DNA of 64,000 bases from an uncultured virus (IMG/VR IMGVR_UViG_643886092_000009) (lineage: Duplodnaviria > Heunggongvirae > Uroviricota > Caudoviricetes), in IMG/VR virus record IMGVR_UViG_643886092_000009; one strand, given 5' to 3'. The number at the start of each line of letters is the position of its first letter. Within the stretch, counting starts at the first letter, position 1. The position numbers were made by a program, and so were the translations under genes. Under the pieces are notes generated by a model that ran no database searches, was not told where the DNA came from, and was given only the letters and a program-made list of their open reading frames with translations. Positions 1 through 9,459 of this stretch are shown here, in pieces.

Positions 1-228
1 ATGACAGTATTAGTATTATTTTTATCAGCAATTTATTTAGCATTAGACTTCTCAAACATGAGAGCAATGCGTATTGTAAAGTTCGCAATGTTGTTTATCT
101 ATATAACTGCATTCGGTGACTCAACTGTAATGATGGTGTTACTAACTCTAATCATGATGTTCATGATTGTAGCAAGATTCGCTCGTAAAGTTTTAAAACG
201 TACATCAGTATTCCTTAAACTATTTTAA
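1..228 (+). CDS. small hydrophobic membrane protein (may be 5'-truncated by window edge)
   Basis: 75-aa hydrophobic ORF followed by a terminator hairpin. Confidence 0.6.
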   Translation: MTVLVLFLSAIYLALDFSNMRAMRIVKFAMLFIYITAFGDSTVMMVLLTLIMMFMIVARFARKVLKRTSVFLKLF

Positions 229-262
229 AAGGGTGTTTTTAAATGAATAGCGAACCATAATT

Positions 263-299
263 AAGGCGCATACAAATATTAAAAGGTATGCGTCTTTTT
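263..299 (+). terminator. intrinsic terminator
   Basis: AAGGCGCATAC...GTATGCGTCTTTTT stem plus T-tract. Confidence 0.75.
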
Positions 300-502
300 G
301 TGTACTTTTATTTAGGGGTATATTCGAAACCCAAAATGTAGTTAAACGAACGAAACTAGAGGTTTCATCGTCTGGTCTTGCCACTAGCAACGGTTACATA
401 CAAGTAAGAGTTTTATTTCTAATATAAAGGCAAAATTCAACGAATTATTTCAGATAGATATAGAAACAGCACATAACAACAAAAACGAAGAGGTGAACCC
501 AA

Positions 503-1294
503 ATGACAGAATTCTTGGATAGGCATTTTGCGAAAGAATTTAAGCAACTAATGGCTGAGTTAAGAAGTGAGACAAGATTTAGTATAAAACAACTACCCTC
601 ACCATTCAGCAAACCAACTTTATTAAATAAAGTGTACATCAAAGGGATTGAAGACGAGAAATATAGTAAATTAAACGGTAAGTACGCACCAATTCGTAAA
701 AGTAACTCAATCGTTCGTAACATTTATCACAATAACGGGCAAAAGAAATCAGAAACTACATATACGGCAAAGGATGGTAATGCATTAATCGTAACAAACG
801 AAAATTTACACTTACCGTACCGTTATCGTCCTACAGACAAAGCATTGGAGTATGTAGACTACAGAGAAACAAATGGTGTTCGTACTTTTATTTATTCTAT
901 ACCGAAAAAGTATCTATATAAAACAAAACAAACAGCATTAGTATTAGCTCAAAACACAAAAAGAAGTCATTATGGTGGATTGAAACTGATGTTAACAAAC
1001 GGTCATTCTATCTATTTATACATTGTATCTTTAGGTAACGTGCGTGAACGAGAGGGTAACGTACCATTAATTACAAAGACAGGAAATGACTATAGCGTAG
1101 AGTTACAGAAACTACAAGAATATTGGCTACAAAGGGGTATTATCTTCCCTAAAAACGTATTAGAATTAGAAACACCATATGGAGATTCAACAAACTTAGG
1201 TTATAAAGTATTAGAAGCGGTAGAAGACTATGTAGGTATAGACGAGTTTAGTATTACGGAACGAGCAGAAATGAAAGCGAGACAGGCTTACTAA
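503..1294 (+). CDS. hypothetical protein
   Basis: 263-aa ORF with GAGGTG RBS; no recognisable motif. Confidence 0.8.
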   Translation: MTEFLDRHFAKEFKQLMAELRSETRFSIKQLPSPFSKPTLLNKVYIKGIEDEKYSKLNGKYAPIRKSNSIVRNIYHNNGQKKSETTYTAKDGNALIVTNENLHLPYRYRPTDKALEYVDYRETNGVRTFIYSIPKKYLYKTKQTALVLAQNTKRSHYGGLKLMLTNGHSIYLYIVSLGNVREREGNVPLITKTGNDYSVELQKLQEYWLQRGIIFPKNVLELETPYGDSTNLGYKVLEAVEDYVGIDEFSITERAEMKARQAY

Positions 1295-1316
1295 TTGTTA
1301 TGAACAGATAATACAT

Positions 1317-1345
1317 TTGACAAATACAAGAACTTATGTTATAAT
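1317..1345 (+). promoter_or_regulatory. sigma-A promoter, extended -10
   Basis: TTGACA-17bp-TATAAT with TG. Confidence 0.9.
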
Positions 1346-1395
1346 AGATGTATAAATGATTGGTGATAAGAATTATTTACGAAAGGAGAAAGAGA

Positions 1396-3243
1396 ATGGA
1401 ATATAATGTTGTGAAACACGGAAATAAAGAAGCATACATCATTAAGAATAAAACAACATTCAAAATCGTAAAAGAACTACTAGGTACAGACTACCTAAAC
1501 ACCGTTACAACTGAGTTCATTAAGAATAAGTGTGTACACAATCCGAACTTGGATAAAGGGGTATTAGTTTCAAACCGTAGGTCTTTAAAGGCAAAATTTG
1601 CAAAAGAGCGTATGATGTCAGATGTTGTTATGAACCGATTTTTAGAGCAAGAGATACCCGAAGAACAGTACAGCTTCTTACAACAATACGTAGGAAACTT
1701 AATACTTCATAATAAAGGTGCGGAGAATATTTTCTTAAACCTTGGTCGAGGGGTAAATGAAGAATATTTCCGTAAGAAGGGTATTAAGTTAGCAAACTTA
1801 AACCAAAATGCAAAATGGCGTTTAGCATTCGTGAAAGACATTGTTCATGGCTACTGTTCATTAGGTCATGAGATACGATACGCTTTTACCGCTATAAACG
1901 ACTTTGGAGATAGTTTAGTCTTTGGTAGTACATGTGTTCATGATTTCTTCGAAATAGACGAGCAGTTAGGTGAAAGACTTACTGAATACGTAAATCAAAT
2001 CAGAACACATACAGAAGACTACTATAACGATTACCATTCTTACTATGAAATTCATCGTAAACAAGACCAGTTCATGGCATTGTTAATGCAGTTCGTAAAT
2101 AGTTCTACAAATGAACAAACCTTTAATAAAACAGAATTAAACTATATGAGTACATTCATTGGGTATGGTTTACCGATACCAAGACCTTTAGCAGAGCAAG
2201 TAGGAGACAAGATAATGGACTTCTTTGCTAGAGAATATAAGATGTTAGTAGCCTTTGAACCCTATGATATTGTAACCAAACTGATATATCTTTGTGGTTG
2301 TTTCGCGTATGGGTGTCACGGAACTACGGTAAGTGAATTGAATACAAACTTCCCAGTAAACTACTTAGGTGATAGAATTATGCCTAAGATGGTAGAACAC
2401 CTACTAGAGAAGTTCGATGCGTTAAAGACAGGTACAACCAATAATGATTTCATACAAGTTATGACACAAAACTTAAATATCAATCAGTTCGTTATGTTAT
2501 TAAATAACTTGTCTATGATTAAGAAGCTTACAGGGGTATTAGCACAAGACGATATTTTAACTCTTGAACCAAACCCTACTGAAACGGGTTATAAGTTAAC
2601 ATACAAAGAAATTACGTTATCAAAACAAAGCCATATAGCATCTAAGACTCATGCTACAGAAAGTGCAAAACGGATGAACTTACTATTCGGATTACCACCT
2701 GTAGAGACACGAGAAGATGCGTTGAAAATTTTCATGAATCAGCAAATACAATTGAAACTGAATAAGAGTGTACTAGCAACGAAAGATTTCGCATACTTGA
2801 ATATGTTTGAGTATGAAGAAGGGGTATCGGTTTTCACAACAAAACTCAATGCAGGTGCAGAGAAACTGAAGAACTTTATGCATGAAAACGAAGGAAAAGT
2901 TGTAGCAGAAGATATCGTGTTACAAATTCTAAATAATGACTTTGTAAATAAAGACAAACCAAAAGGCTTAGAATGGTATAACTTAATTATCCAAGAAAAC
3001 AATGTAGCCGAAGCAATGCAAAGTAATAAACCGAGAACAGGGGTAGTTAGAAACCGTTCAAACTTCCCTACAGAAGAGTACGAAGAGTTGTTAGAAAAAG
3101 CAATCAGACATAGGGATGTAGTTGATAAGAAAAGAAAAGGTTTCGCAGTAGACATACTAAAAACAGTATTAACCTACAAGAAAGTGTCACCTAAACAGAA
3201 AAAATTTATAGATGATTTAGAGAGTGTACTACAAGACGTATAA
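1396..3243 (+). CDS. hypothetical protein with a putative Zn-ribbon (CSLGH...GSTC)
   Basis: Long ORF; start moved to ATG 1396 behind GAAAGGAG; motif YCSLGHEIRY...FGSTCVHDF. Confidence 0.75.
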   Translation: MEYNVVKHGNKEAYIIKNKTTFKIVKELLGTDYLNTVTTEFIKNKCVHNPNLDKGVLVSNRRSLKAKFAKERMMSDVVMNRFLEQEIPEEQYSFLQQYVGNLILHNKGAENIFLNLGRGVNEEYFRKKGIKLANLNQNAKWRLAFVKDIVHGYCSLGHEIRYAFTAINDFGDSLVFGSTCVHDFFEIDEQLGERLTEYVNQIRTHTEDYYNDYHSYYEIHRKQDQFMALLMQFVNSSTNEQTFNKTELNYMSTFIGYGLPIPRPLAEQVGDKIMDFFAREYKMLVAFEPYDIVTKLIYLCGCFAYGCHGTTVSELNTNFPVNYLGDRIMPKMVEHLLEKFDALKTGTTNNDFIQVMTQNLNINQFVMLLNNLSMIKKLTGVLAQDDILTLEPNPTETGYKLTYKEITLSKQSHIASKTHATESAKRMNLLFGLPPVETREDALKIFMNQQIQLKLNKSVLATKDFAYLNMFEYEEGVSVFTTKLNAGAEKLKNFMHENEGKVVAEDIVLQILNNDFVNKDKPKGLEWYNLIIQENNVAEAMQSNKPRTGVVRNRSNFPTEEYEELLEKAIRHRDVVDKKRKGFAVDILKTVLTYKKVSPKQKKFIDDLESVLQDV

Positions 3244-3270
3244 TAACAAGCGAGTTTATAGAGAATTAGG

Positions 3271-3300
3271 TAGGAACTGGATGTTATTTTCCAGTTCCTA
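3271..3300 (+). terminator. perfect hairpin abutting the next promoter
   Basis: TAGGAACTGGA...TCCAGTTCCTA. Confidence 0.65.
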
Positions 3301-3329
3301 TTGACATTTTGGGAAACTTATGTTATAAT
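3301..3329 (+). promoter_or_regulatory. sigma-A promoter, extended -10
   Basis: TTGACA-17bp-TATAAT. Confidence 0.9.
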
Positions 3330-3376
3330 ATTAATATAAATAAGCAGGAGAAATAAATATAAAGAGGTCTATTTAT

Positions 3377-3733
3377 ATGATTTATTTACGTAAACTAGGG
3401 CAAGGAGAGACTACTCTCATAATGAAAGGTAAAGCATTTTACTTTGATATGTTGAACGAGTTTAAACGGGAAGTACCTGTTAAATTTATAAACTTAGAAC
3501 AGGTACAAATAATTTCATTTATTACACAAGGTAACCAAGTAGAAGTGGCATATACAGATAAAGAGGGTAATGTAACAAAGAGATTGACAATAAACATGAG
3601 TGAGTTATTACCTACAATTGACAGACTAAAGAAAGAACCGAGATATATTGTTACATTAACGAAAACAGTAAGGATTGGGGAAGTAGTGAGTAAACAATAC
3701 ATTGTGGTATACAAGACTTCAAGTAAACAATAG
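3377..3733 (+). CDS. hypothetical protein
   Basis: 118-aa ORF, AGAGGT RBS, downstream of promoter. Confidence 0.75.
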   Translation: MIYLRKLGQGETTLIMKGKAFYFDMLNEFKREVPVKFINLEQVQIISFITQGNQVEVAYTDKEGNVTKRLTINMSELLPTIDRLKKEPRYIVTLTKTVRIGEVVSKQYIVVYKTSSKQ

Positions 3734-3764
3734 AAAGTAGGTGAAGGAGGTGGAGTTAAAAGCA

Positions 3765-5507
3765 ATGACTTATTTTAAGAATGGATTTGAAGTACAACAT
3801 AACAAACTGAAAATCAGACTATCGTCTATCCGTAGTTTATTACATAACCTAAACTTCCAAATAGCAGACCGAGGTATGATAGATACAGCTTCTATTGTAA
3901 GCAAGCAAGACGTATCAGCATACTTAACGGATGAGTATGGGGTAGAGGAATTAGAGGTTATTAAAAATTATTCAGACGGGTTCTACGAAGTAGACGATTA
4001 TTTAATGTTAGAATTCGGAGCAAGAGTAACAACCAATGAGGACTTAAAGAAAGATTTAGAGTTACTATCAAACTATTTTAGAGTACAAACAACTGAAAAT
4101 CATTTATCTAAGTATCTAGGTAAGAAACAATCGGTTAACAGTAATACAATTGTAAAACCATTGGCTACCATCGAAAAAGGTAGAATTAAATTCAGAGGGG
4201 TAAACGATTTATCGTATATTGAGAATTTCTATACAGTAGGAAACGCAAAAGAGATTTATGTAAGTGGTATTTTCTATCAAGCCTTGTCTGAGTATGCAGG
4301 GATTAGTAATCTATCAAACTGGACATTCAGAAAAGAACTGTCTAGACATGATGAGTCTAGGTATATCTTAAAAGTGTTAGAGGGAGCAATTAAGCCAAAC
4401 ACGGAAAAAGGTAAGCTAGTTTATGAAAAGTATTTAGATGTTATCACGAAAAGAGGAGAAAACTTCATTTTCATGGAAACATATTTAAAACGAGCAGAAG
4501 AACTAGATTACTATACTGATAGATTACTAGCAGAAGGAAAACAATTAAAGGGTATTACAGACTACAGTATCATATATGAAGACAATATTGAAGAAGTAGA
4601 CACATTCCCTTTCTATACGAGTTACTATGCAATAGATTATGATAATCAATGTGAATTAGACATGGTAAACCGTATCAGAGGGGTAGGTGGAGAATTTACA
4701 AGGGAAATAACAGAAGAAAACAAGTATGATTTCCCTGTAACAGTATACATAAACGGTAAGAAAGAGAAAATGTATCCTGTCAAAGAAAACCCTATCATTA
4801 AAATGCATAATTTAGAGAAAACTGGTTTCGCATATTCAGGAGATAACGAGTATGTTCGTGCTTTAAACGCTTCTGAATTACAGTTAGACGCTAGTATCTT
4901 AGTTACGGAAGCTACTAAATATGTAAACGTATATAACAAAGCAATGTGTAAAGCAGTTGATGAATACAATGAATTACTGGAGGATGAAGACGATATGCAT
5001 TTAAAAGTAACGCCTAAAGTAACAAAAGAAGACAACAAAATGTACATTGCAAACAAGCTAAAATATTACTCTGTAAATCCAAACCTTGAAAGAGTAGTAG
5101 AAGGTACATTAATCTTAAACGAGAATTTAGAGTCTCCAACATTAAAGATGTTAATTTCAGACGATATGTTTGTTGATTACAGTATTGAAGATTTAGAGAA
5201 ACGTAGAGCATTCTATGTAGAAGAAGAAAAGTCTATGTATGCTTATAAATTCACAATGCAGTATGATACAGAAAGTAAAGACATTATTACAGTACGTGAA
5301 AACTTAGTAGGTATTGTACGTAAGGGTAAGAAAGTAAACCCAACTGTATTAACGGCAATGGGGTTATCATTAGAGCAAGAAGAACTGATTCGTAAGATGG
5401 TTCGTAAAGAAATACTAAACAAAGTAATGGAATGTAAGGACAGTTCAGAGTACTTTAAGAAAGTGATTGAGTCGTCTTCAAAAGAAGGTGAGAAACAACA
5501 TGCATGA
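3765..5507 (+). CDS. hypothetical protein
   Basis: ~580-aa ORF; ATG 3765 behind AAGGAGGTG (track start 3741). Confidence 0.75.
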   Translation: MTYFKNGFEVQHNKLKIRLSSIRSLLHNLNFQIADRGMIDTASIVSKQDVSAYLTDEYGVEELEVIKNYSDGFYEVDDYLMLEFGARVTTNEDLKKDLELLSNYFRVQTTENHLSKYLGKKQSVNSNTIVKPLATIEKGRIKFRGVNDLSYIENFYTVGNAKEIYVSGIFYQALSEYAGISNLSNWTFRKELSRHDESRYILKVLEGAIKPNTEKGKLVYEKYLDVITKRGENFIFMETYLKRAEELDYYTDRLLAEGKQLKGITDYSIIYEDNIEEVDTFPFYTSYYAIDYDNQCELDMVNRIRGVGGEFTREITEENKYDFPVTVYINGKKEKMYPVKENPIIKMHNLEKTGFAYSGDNEYVRALNASELQLDASILVTEATKYVNVYNKAMCKAVDEYNELLEDEDDMHLKVTPKVTKEDNKMYIANKLKYYSVNPNLERVVEGTLILNENLESPTLKMLISDDMFVDYSIEDLEKRRAFYVEEEKSMYAYKFTMQYDTESKDIITVRENLVGIVRKGKKVNPTVLTAMGLSLEQEELIRKMVRKEILNKVMECKDSSEYFKKVIESSSKEGEKQHA

Positions 5508-6579
5508 TGAAAATAAACTATCAATTAATACATTAGAACAGCAAGTAAAGGAACTCTCTACTCAAAGGGGTAGGGAGTCTTCTCCTGTTCAAGACGAAGT
5601 ATCACATGTTGCAGACTTAGAAAAATGTGTATATCCGATACCATATGATACAGGTAATGGTGAGACAAGTTATACACCAACTACAGAAGAAAAAGAGGAA
5701 AACGATTCTGTAGAATTAGTAGAACCAATTGAAGATGAAGATGAAATCGTTGAAACGCCTATTATAGACGATGAGATACTGGATGAAGACGAAGATGAAG
5801 ATTTACTAGACTTAAACGAACCAAAGGATTTTGATGAGTTTAGTAAACAAGACGAAGTGGATAAAGAAGACCGTAAGTTCTTATCTCATGCAGAAGATAA
5901 ATCACTAGTATACTACGATAGAGAAACATTAAATGAAGAAGAAAGAAACTTCATGATTTCCGCTATCGAGCAACATATTTTAACACCGCAGTACGATAGA
6001 ACAGGAAATTTATACTTCAACCCAAGAGGTATTGTATCAAGAGCAGAGAGTATAAACGCTCTAGAACGATTTGGTAAGAAGCGTAAATCTATAGACGGTG
6101 TATCAGAAGAATCGGATTACTTCAATCAGGGGTATAACGAATTAGTAAGTTCTGGACTTGATAATTTCTTTGAATTCTATACGAAAGAAAACATATATGG
6201 AAACATACGTAGATGTGAGTTAGCCTACATGATATCATCACACCCAAACCATTTCTTTAATAAAGACGTAGCGGTAAAAGAGAACATTTCAAAACTATAT
6301 GGGTATGAAGACATCAAAAAGATTCAAATTTCTCTAGAAGATGCAGGTAGACTATATAGTTTAATCCAATTAAACAATAACCGAAGTGAAGACATTGATT
6401 ATTACTTCAATCGAGTTCGTAGTGGAGAGATTAAACTTCCAATCTCACTTATCCTTCTTACGCATTATTTAGTCGAGTTGGGGTATAGTGAGTCAGACGA
6501 AAAAGTAACAAACTTACACCCATTAAAAGGGGTATCAAGACTAGAATTTGCAAAGTACATTGTAAATTTAAAGAAATAA
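5500..6579 (+). CDS. acidic protein with degenerate SLH-like motifs
   Basis: FNPRGIVSRAESINAL, NIRRCELAYMI and LHPLKGVSRLEFAKYI resemble the SLH P-x3-(T/S)RAE motif; start at ATG 5500 behind GAAGGTGA. Confidence 0.55.
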   Translation: MHDENKLSINTLEQQVKELSTQRGRESSPVQDEVSHVADLEKCVYPIPYDTGNGETSYTPTTEEKEENDSVELVEPIEDEDEIVETPIIDDEILDEDEDEDLLDLNEPKDFDEFSKQDEVDKEDRKFLSHAEDKSLVYYDRETLNEEERNFMISAIEQHILTPQYDRTGNLYFNPRGIVSRAESINALERFGKKRKSIDGVSEESDYFNQGYNELVSSGLDNFFEFYTKENIYGNIRRCELAYMISSHPNHFFNKDVAVKENISKLYGYEDIKKIQISLEDAGRLYSLIQLNNNRSEDIDYYFNRVRSGEIKLPISLILLTHYLVELGYSESDEKVTNLHPLKGVSRLEFAKYIVNLKK

Positions 6580-6591
6580 ATACATAGAAAC

Positions 6592-6626
6592 GAGACTGTA
6601 GGTGAAAACTTACAGTCTTTTTCTTT
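6592..6626 (+). terminator. intrinsic terminator
   Basis: GAGACTGTA...TACAGTCTTTTT. Confidence 0.8.
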
Positions 6627-6936
6627 GTTCACAGGGGTAGAACTGATATAATTTTTAAGCTATCTACATTAAATTTTACGTAACTTTACATGTTGGTGAT
6701 TGAGCATTGAGTCCGTTTTAACTTAGTAAAATAAATACGTCATTTTTCGTATCATACCTTCAATACCTATATAAGACTAGTAGTCTCATCCTCAATTCTT
6801 ATTTTACGATACTACCTAACTCTAATGATTTTATAACCCTTCTCAATCTATGAAAACAAATAGGTATAAACTATTAGATTACCCAAAATCACATGAAATA
6901 AATAACAAGACTACAAACTTTTTGAAATTTTGGTAG

Positions 6937-6965
6937 TTTACAAATGGAAAATTATATGGTATAAT
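6937..6965 (+). promoter_or_regulatory. sigma-A promoter
   Basis: TTTACA-17bp-TATAAT with TG. Confidence 0.8.
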
Positions 6966-7122
6966 AAAGTAGTAAACAAGTGGGTACAATGCCCATAACG
7001 AGATATAGATTTTTGTAGGTTAATAAGAGGGGAAGAGTAGAAAGGTAGAATCAGACTGGAATATGATAAGAAAGTCTTGAGTCTATCGTGTAATAAAACA
7101 AGAAAAGAGGGGAATACTAAGT

Positions 7123-7401
7123 ATGTCAAAACGATACGGTAACTATAGACTAGATGATATACATTCAATGGCAGTAGCACCAACTAATGAACAAGAGAGT
7201 CAAGACTATAGAAATGCATTAGCAACTGGAAATTATCCATTAAGCATAACGGATTGTGAAACGGTTGGCTTATCAGGTGGTTGTGTGGTAGACTGTCATG
7301 TATATTTAGATGGTAAATGTCAAGAGCATAAAGAAATGATTCCACACCTTGAAACGGAAGAGGATAAAGCTACATATCAAGAATTGTATATAGACCAGTA
7401 A
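7123..7401 (+). CDS. small Cys-rich hypothetical protein
   Basis: DCETVGLSGGCVVDCHVYLDGKC cluster; GAGGGG RBS. Confidence 0.7.
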   Translation: MSKRYGNYRLDDIHSMAVAPTNEQESQDYRNALATGNYPLSITDCETVGLSGGCVVDCHVYLDGKCQEHKEMIPHLETEEDKATYQELYIDQ

Positions 7402-7441
7402 ATCAAACATCTATTGAATCTAGTAAGAAAGGGGTATTTAT

Positions 7442-8458
7442 ATGACAACGGAATTAAGAGAAGTAAACGAAGAACTTTTAGCAAAGAACCCTAAAGATTT
7501 AAAAGGTAAAGAAAGAGATAATTGGTTAACAGAAAAACAGAAAGATATAATGAATAAAGTAACAAACCATAAGACTTCTAAAGAAGACATCATAGAAATG
7601 TTAACGTTTATGTCTAAGTTTCATAATTACTCCTATAAGAACTCTATGTTAATAGAAGCACAATGGGAGGGAGCGATGGCAGTTGCAAGTTCTCAACGTT
7701 GGAAGAAGTTAGGGTATTATATTCGTAAAGGCGAAACTGGTAAAATACTGATTTGGGTTAGAGTAAAATACAAACGTATTAAGCTAGACGATGGTTGGAT
7801 TCCTTGGAACAAAGCACCGAAACAGGTACAGAACGATGCTTTAGCAGGTAAGTATGAGTGGACAGAAGGGGTAGGCTATAAGTCAGGTTATGTGTATGAT
7901 ATCTCACAAACAACAGCTGAGATTGAAGATTACCCTAAATTAATGCCAAACCGTCATTACAACTTTGAAGAAAACGAAGTAGATTATCAAAACTTACTAG
8001 GTGGTATCGACTTACTAGCAAACAATCTTGGTTACGAAATGAACTGGGATGAGCGTGGTGTATTACAAAGTGCAAAAGGTGGTTGTATCTATGATTCAAA
8101 ACAAATCCTTTTAAACAAACGAAATACACATACAGAGAACGTAAGTACATCTATTCACGAACTTGCACATGCTTACATGCACCCTAAATCTGAATTAGAT
8201 AGAGGGGAAAGAGAGTTACAAGCTGAACTAGTAGCTACAGTAGTTTCAAGTGTATTCGGTATAGACACAAAGGAAAAAGCAGTAGGTTACATTGCAACAT
8301 GGATGAATTCAGCAAATAAACGTTTAAAAGAAGATGGAAAAGAAATGCAGTTAGAAGACTTACTACAAGAAGTACAAAGAACTGTTAAGAAGTTTGTAAG
8401 GATTATTAATGGTGAAATGGATTATCAAGAAGGAAACGATAAGGCAATGGATAACTAA
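7442..8458 (+). CDS. ardC: ArdC/LtrC-like antirestriction protein (ssDNA-binding N-domain plus HExxH zincin-like domain)
   Basis: FHNYSYKNSMLI...WKKLGYYIRKGE...VYDISQT N-domain; IHELAHAYMH...ELQAELVA...YIATW C-domain. Confidence 0.75.
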   Translation: MTTELREVNEELLAKNPKDLKGKERDNWLTEKQKDIMNKVTNHKTSKEDIIEMLTFMSKFHNYSYKNSMLIEAQWEGAMAVASSQRWKKLGYYIRKGETGKILIWVRVKYKRIKLDDGWIPWNKAPKQVQNDALAGKYEWTEGVGYKSGYVYDISQTTAEIEDYPKLMPNRHYNFEENEVDYQNLLGGIDLLANNLGYEMNWDERGVLQSAKGGCIYDSKQILLNKRNTHTENVSTSIHELAHAYMHPKSELDRGERELQAELVATVVSSVFGIDTKEKAVGYIATWMNSANKRLKEDGKEMQLEDLLQEVQRTVKKFVRIINGEMDYQEGNDKAMDN

Positions 8459-8505
8459 TCTATTGCCTTATCTCTTTAAACAAATAAAAGAATGAGGGTA
8501 ACGAA

Positions 8506-8943
8506 ATGAAATCAACATTAAACTTAACAAGTCTGCAATTTATGGTATCGGTAATTGTAGAGGATTTAGAAAACTTTAGATTAACAGGTAATAGACTGTT
8601 TGATTTTGAAGAAGTAAGAAATTGTACCAACCTTGATGAATTATTTAAACAGTGGTTATTACAATTCGATGATTTGTCTAGTACCCCTGACGAGGATTTA
8701 GAAGATGTAAAACTAGAATTAAGTGAACATATGAAGTATATGTCTATTTGGAACGTAAGTGAGGTAGAAAGAGCAACGAATGTTAAGTCCTTTAAAGATT
8801 ACTTCGAGGGGTATGAAGGTTTCTCTAAACTTGTAGTTGATTTCTATGAAACTAGTTCTAAAGAAGATGAAGAGTGGGCGAAAACAAAGAACTCACCTGA
8901 GTTCAAAGCAAAGTTTAAAGAACTGACAGGTATGGAAATTTAA
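8506..8943 (+). CDS. hypothetical protein
   Basis: 145-aa ORF with RBS. Confidence 0.7.
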   Translation: MKSTLNLTSLQFMVSVIVEDLENFRLTGNRLFDFEEVRNCTNLDELFKQWLLQFDDLSSTPDEDLEDVKLELSEHMKYMSIWNVSEVERATNVKSFKDYFEGYEGFSKLVVDFYETSSKEDEEWAKTKNSPEFKAKFKELTGMEI

Positions 8944-8966
8944 TTTAAGAATAGGGGTAGGTAATT

Positions 8967-9299
8967 ATGGAAACTGGATTAGAAACAAAGTTATCTAGTA
9001 TTCTAGCAACTTCAAAGGTACTTTCATTTAAAGAATTTCAAGACTCATTAGATAACTTAGTAAATGAAGAAAACAAACGTAGTTTTACAATGACAACTGA
9101 TACAGGTTCTTGTACGAAGGGGTATATCTTTAGTTTAGACACCGAAGAAAATAGGTCTAAACTGAAAGTAAATAGGTTAGGGAATGAAGAACATCACATA
9201 ACTTTTGTACCTAGTATAGTAAGGTGTATCTCGCAGAAACAAGAAGGGGTATTTACTGTCTTTTACGAAACGTCAATTGTCATTATTGCAATAAAATAA
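8967..9299 (+). CDS. hypothetical protein
   Basis: 110-aa ORF with RBS, followed by a hairpin at 9308-9340. Confidence 0.7.
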   Translation: METGLETKLSSILATSKVLSFKEFQDSLDNLVNEENKRSFTMTTDTGSCTKGYIFSLDTEENRSKLKVNRLGNEEHHITFVPSIVRCISQKQEGVFTVFYETSIVIIAIK

Positions 9300-9363
9300 T
9301 AAGGTTTATAGCTCTAGACTACTAAGTTTAGGGCTATTTCTCTGTATAAATTTGTAACTATAG

Positions 9364-9392
9364 TTGACAAATAGCGAAACTTATGTTATAAT
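9364..9392 (+). promoter_or_regulatory. sigma-A promoter
   Basis: TTGACA-17bp-TATAAT. Confidence 0.9.
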
Positions 9393-9459
9393 AGTATTAT
9401 AGTTAAAGATAAAGCAAAGTACATAGCAGACTTTGGAAACTTCGGGGAGGAAGAATAAA

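Noticed and set aside
3765..5507. Degenerate DNA polymerase
   Set aside because: No convincing polymerase catalytic motifs found.
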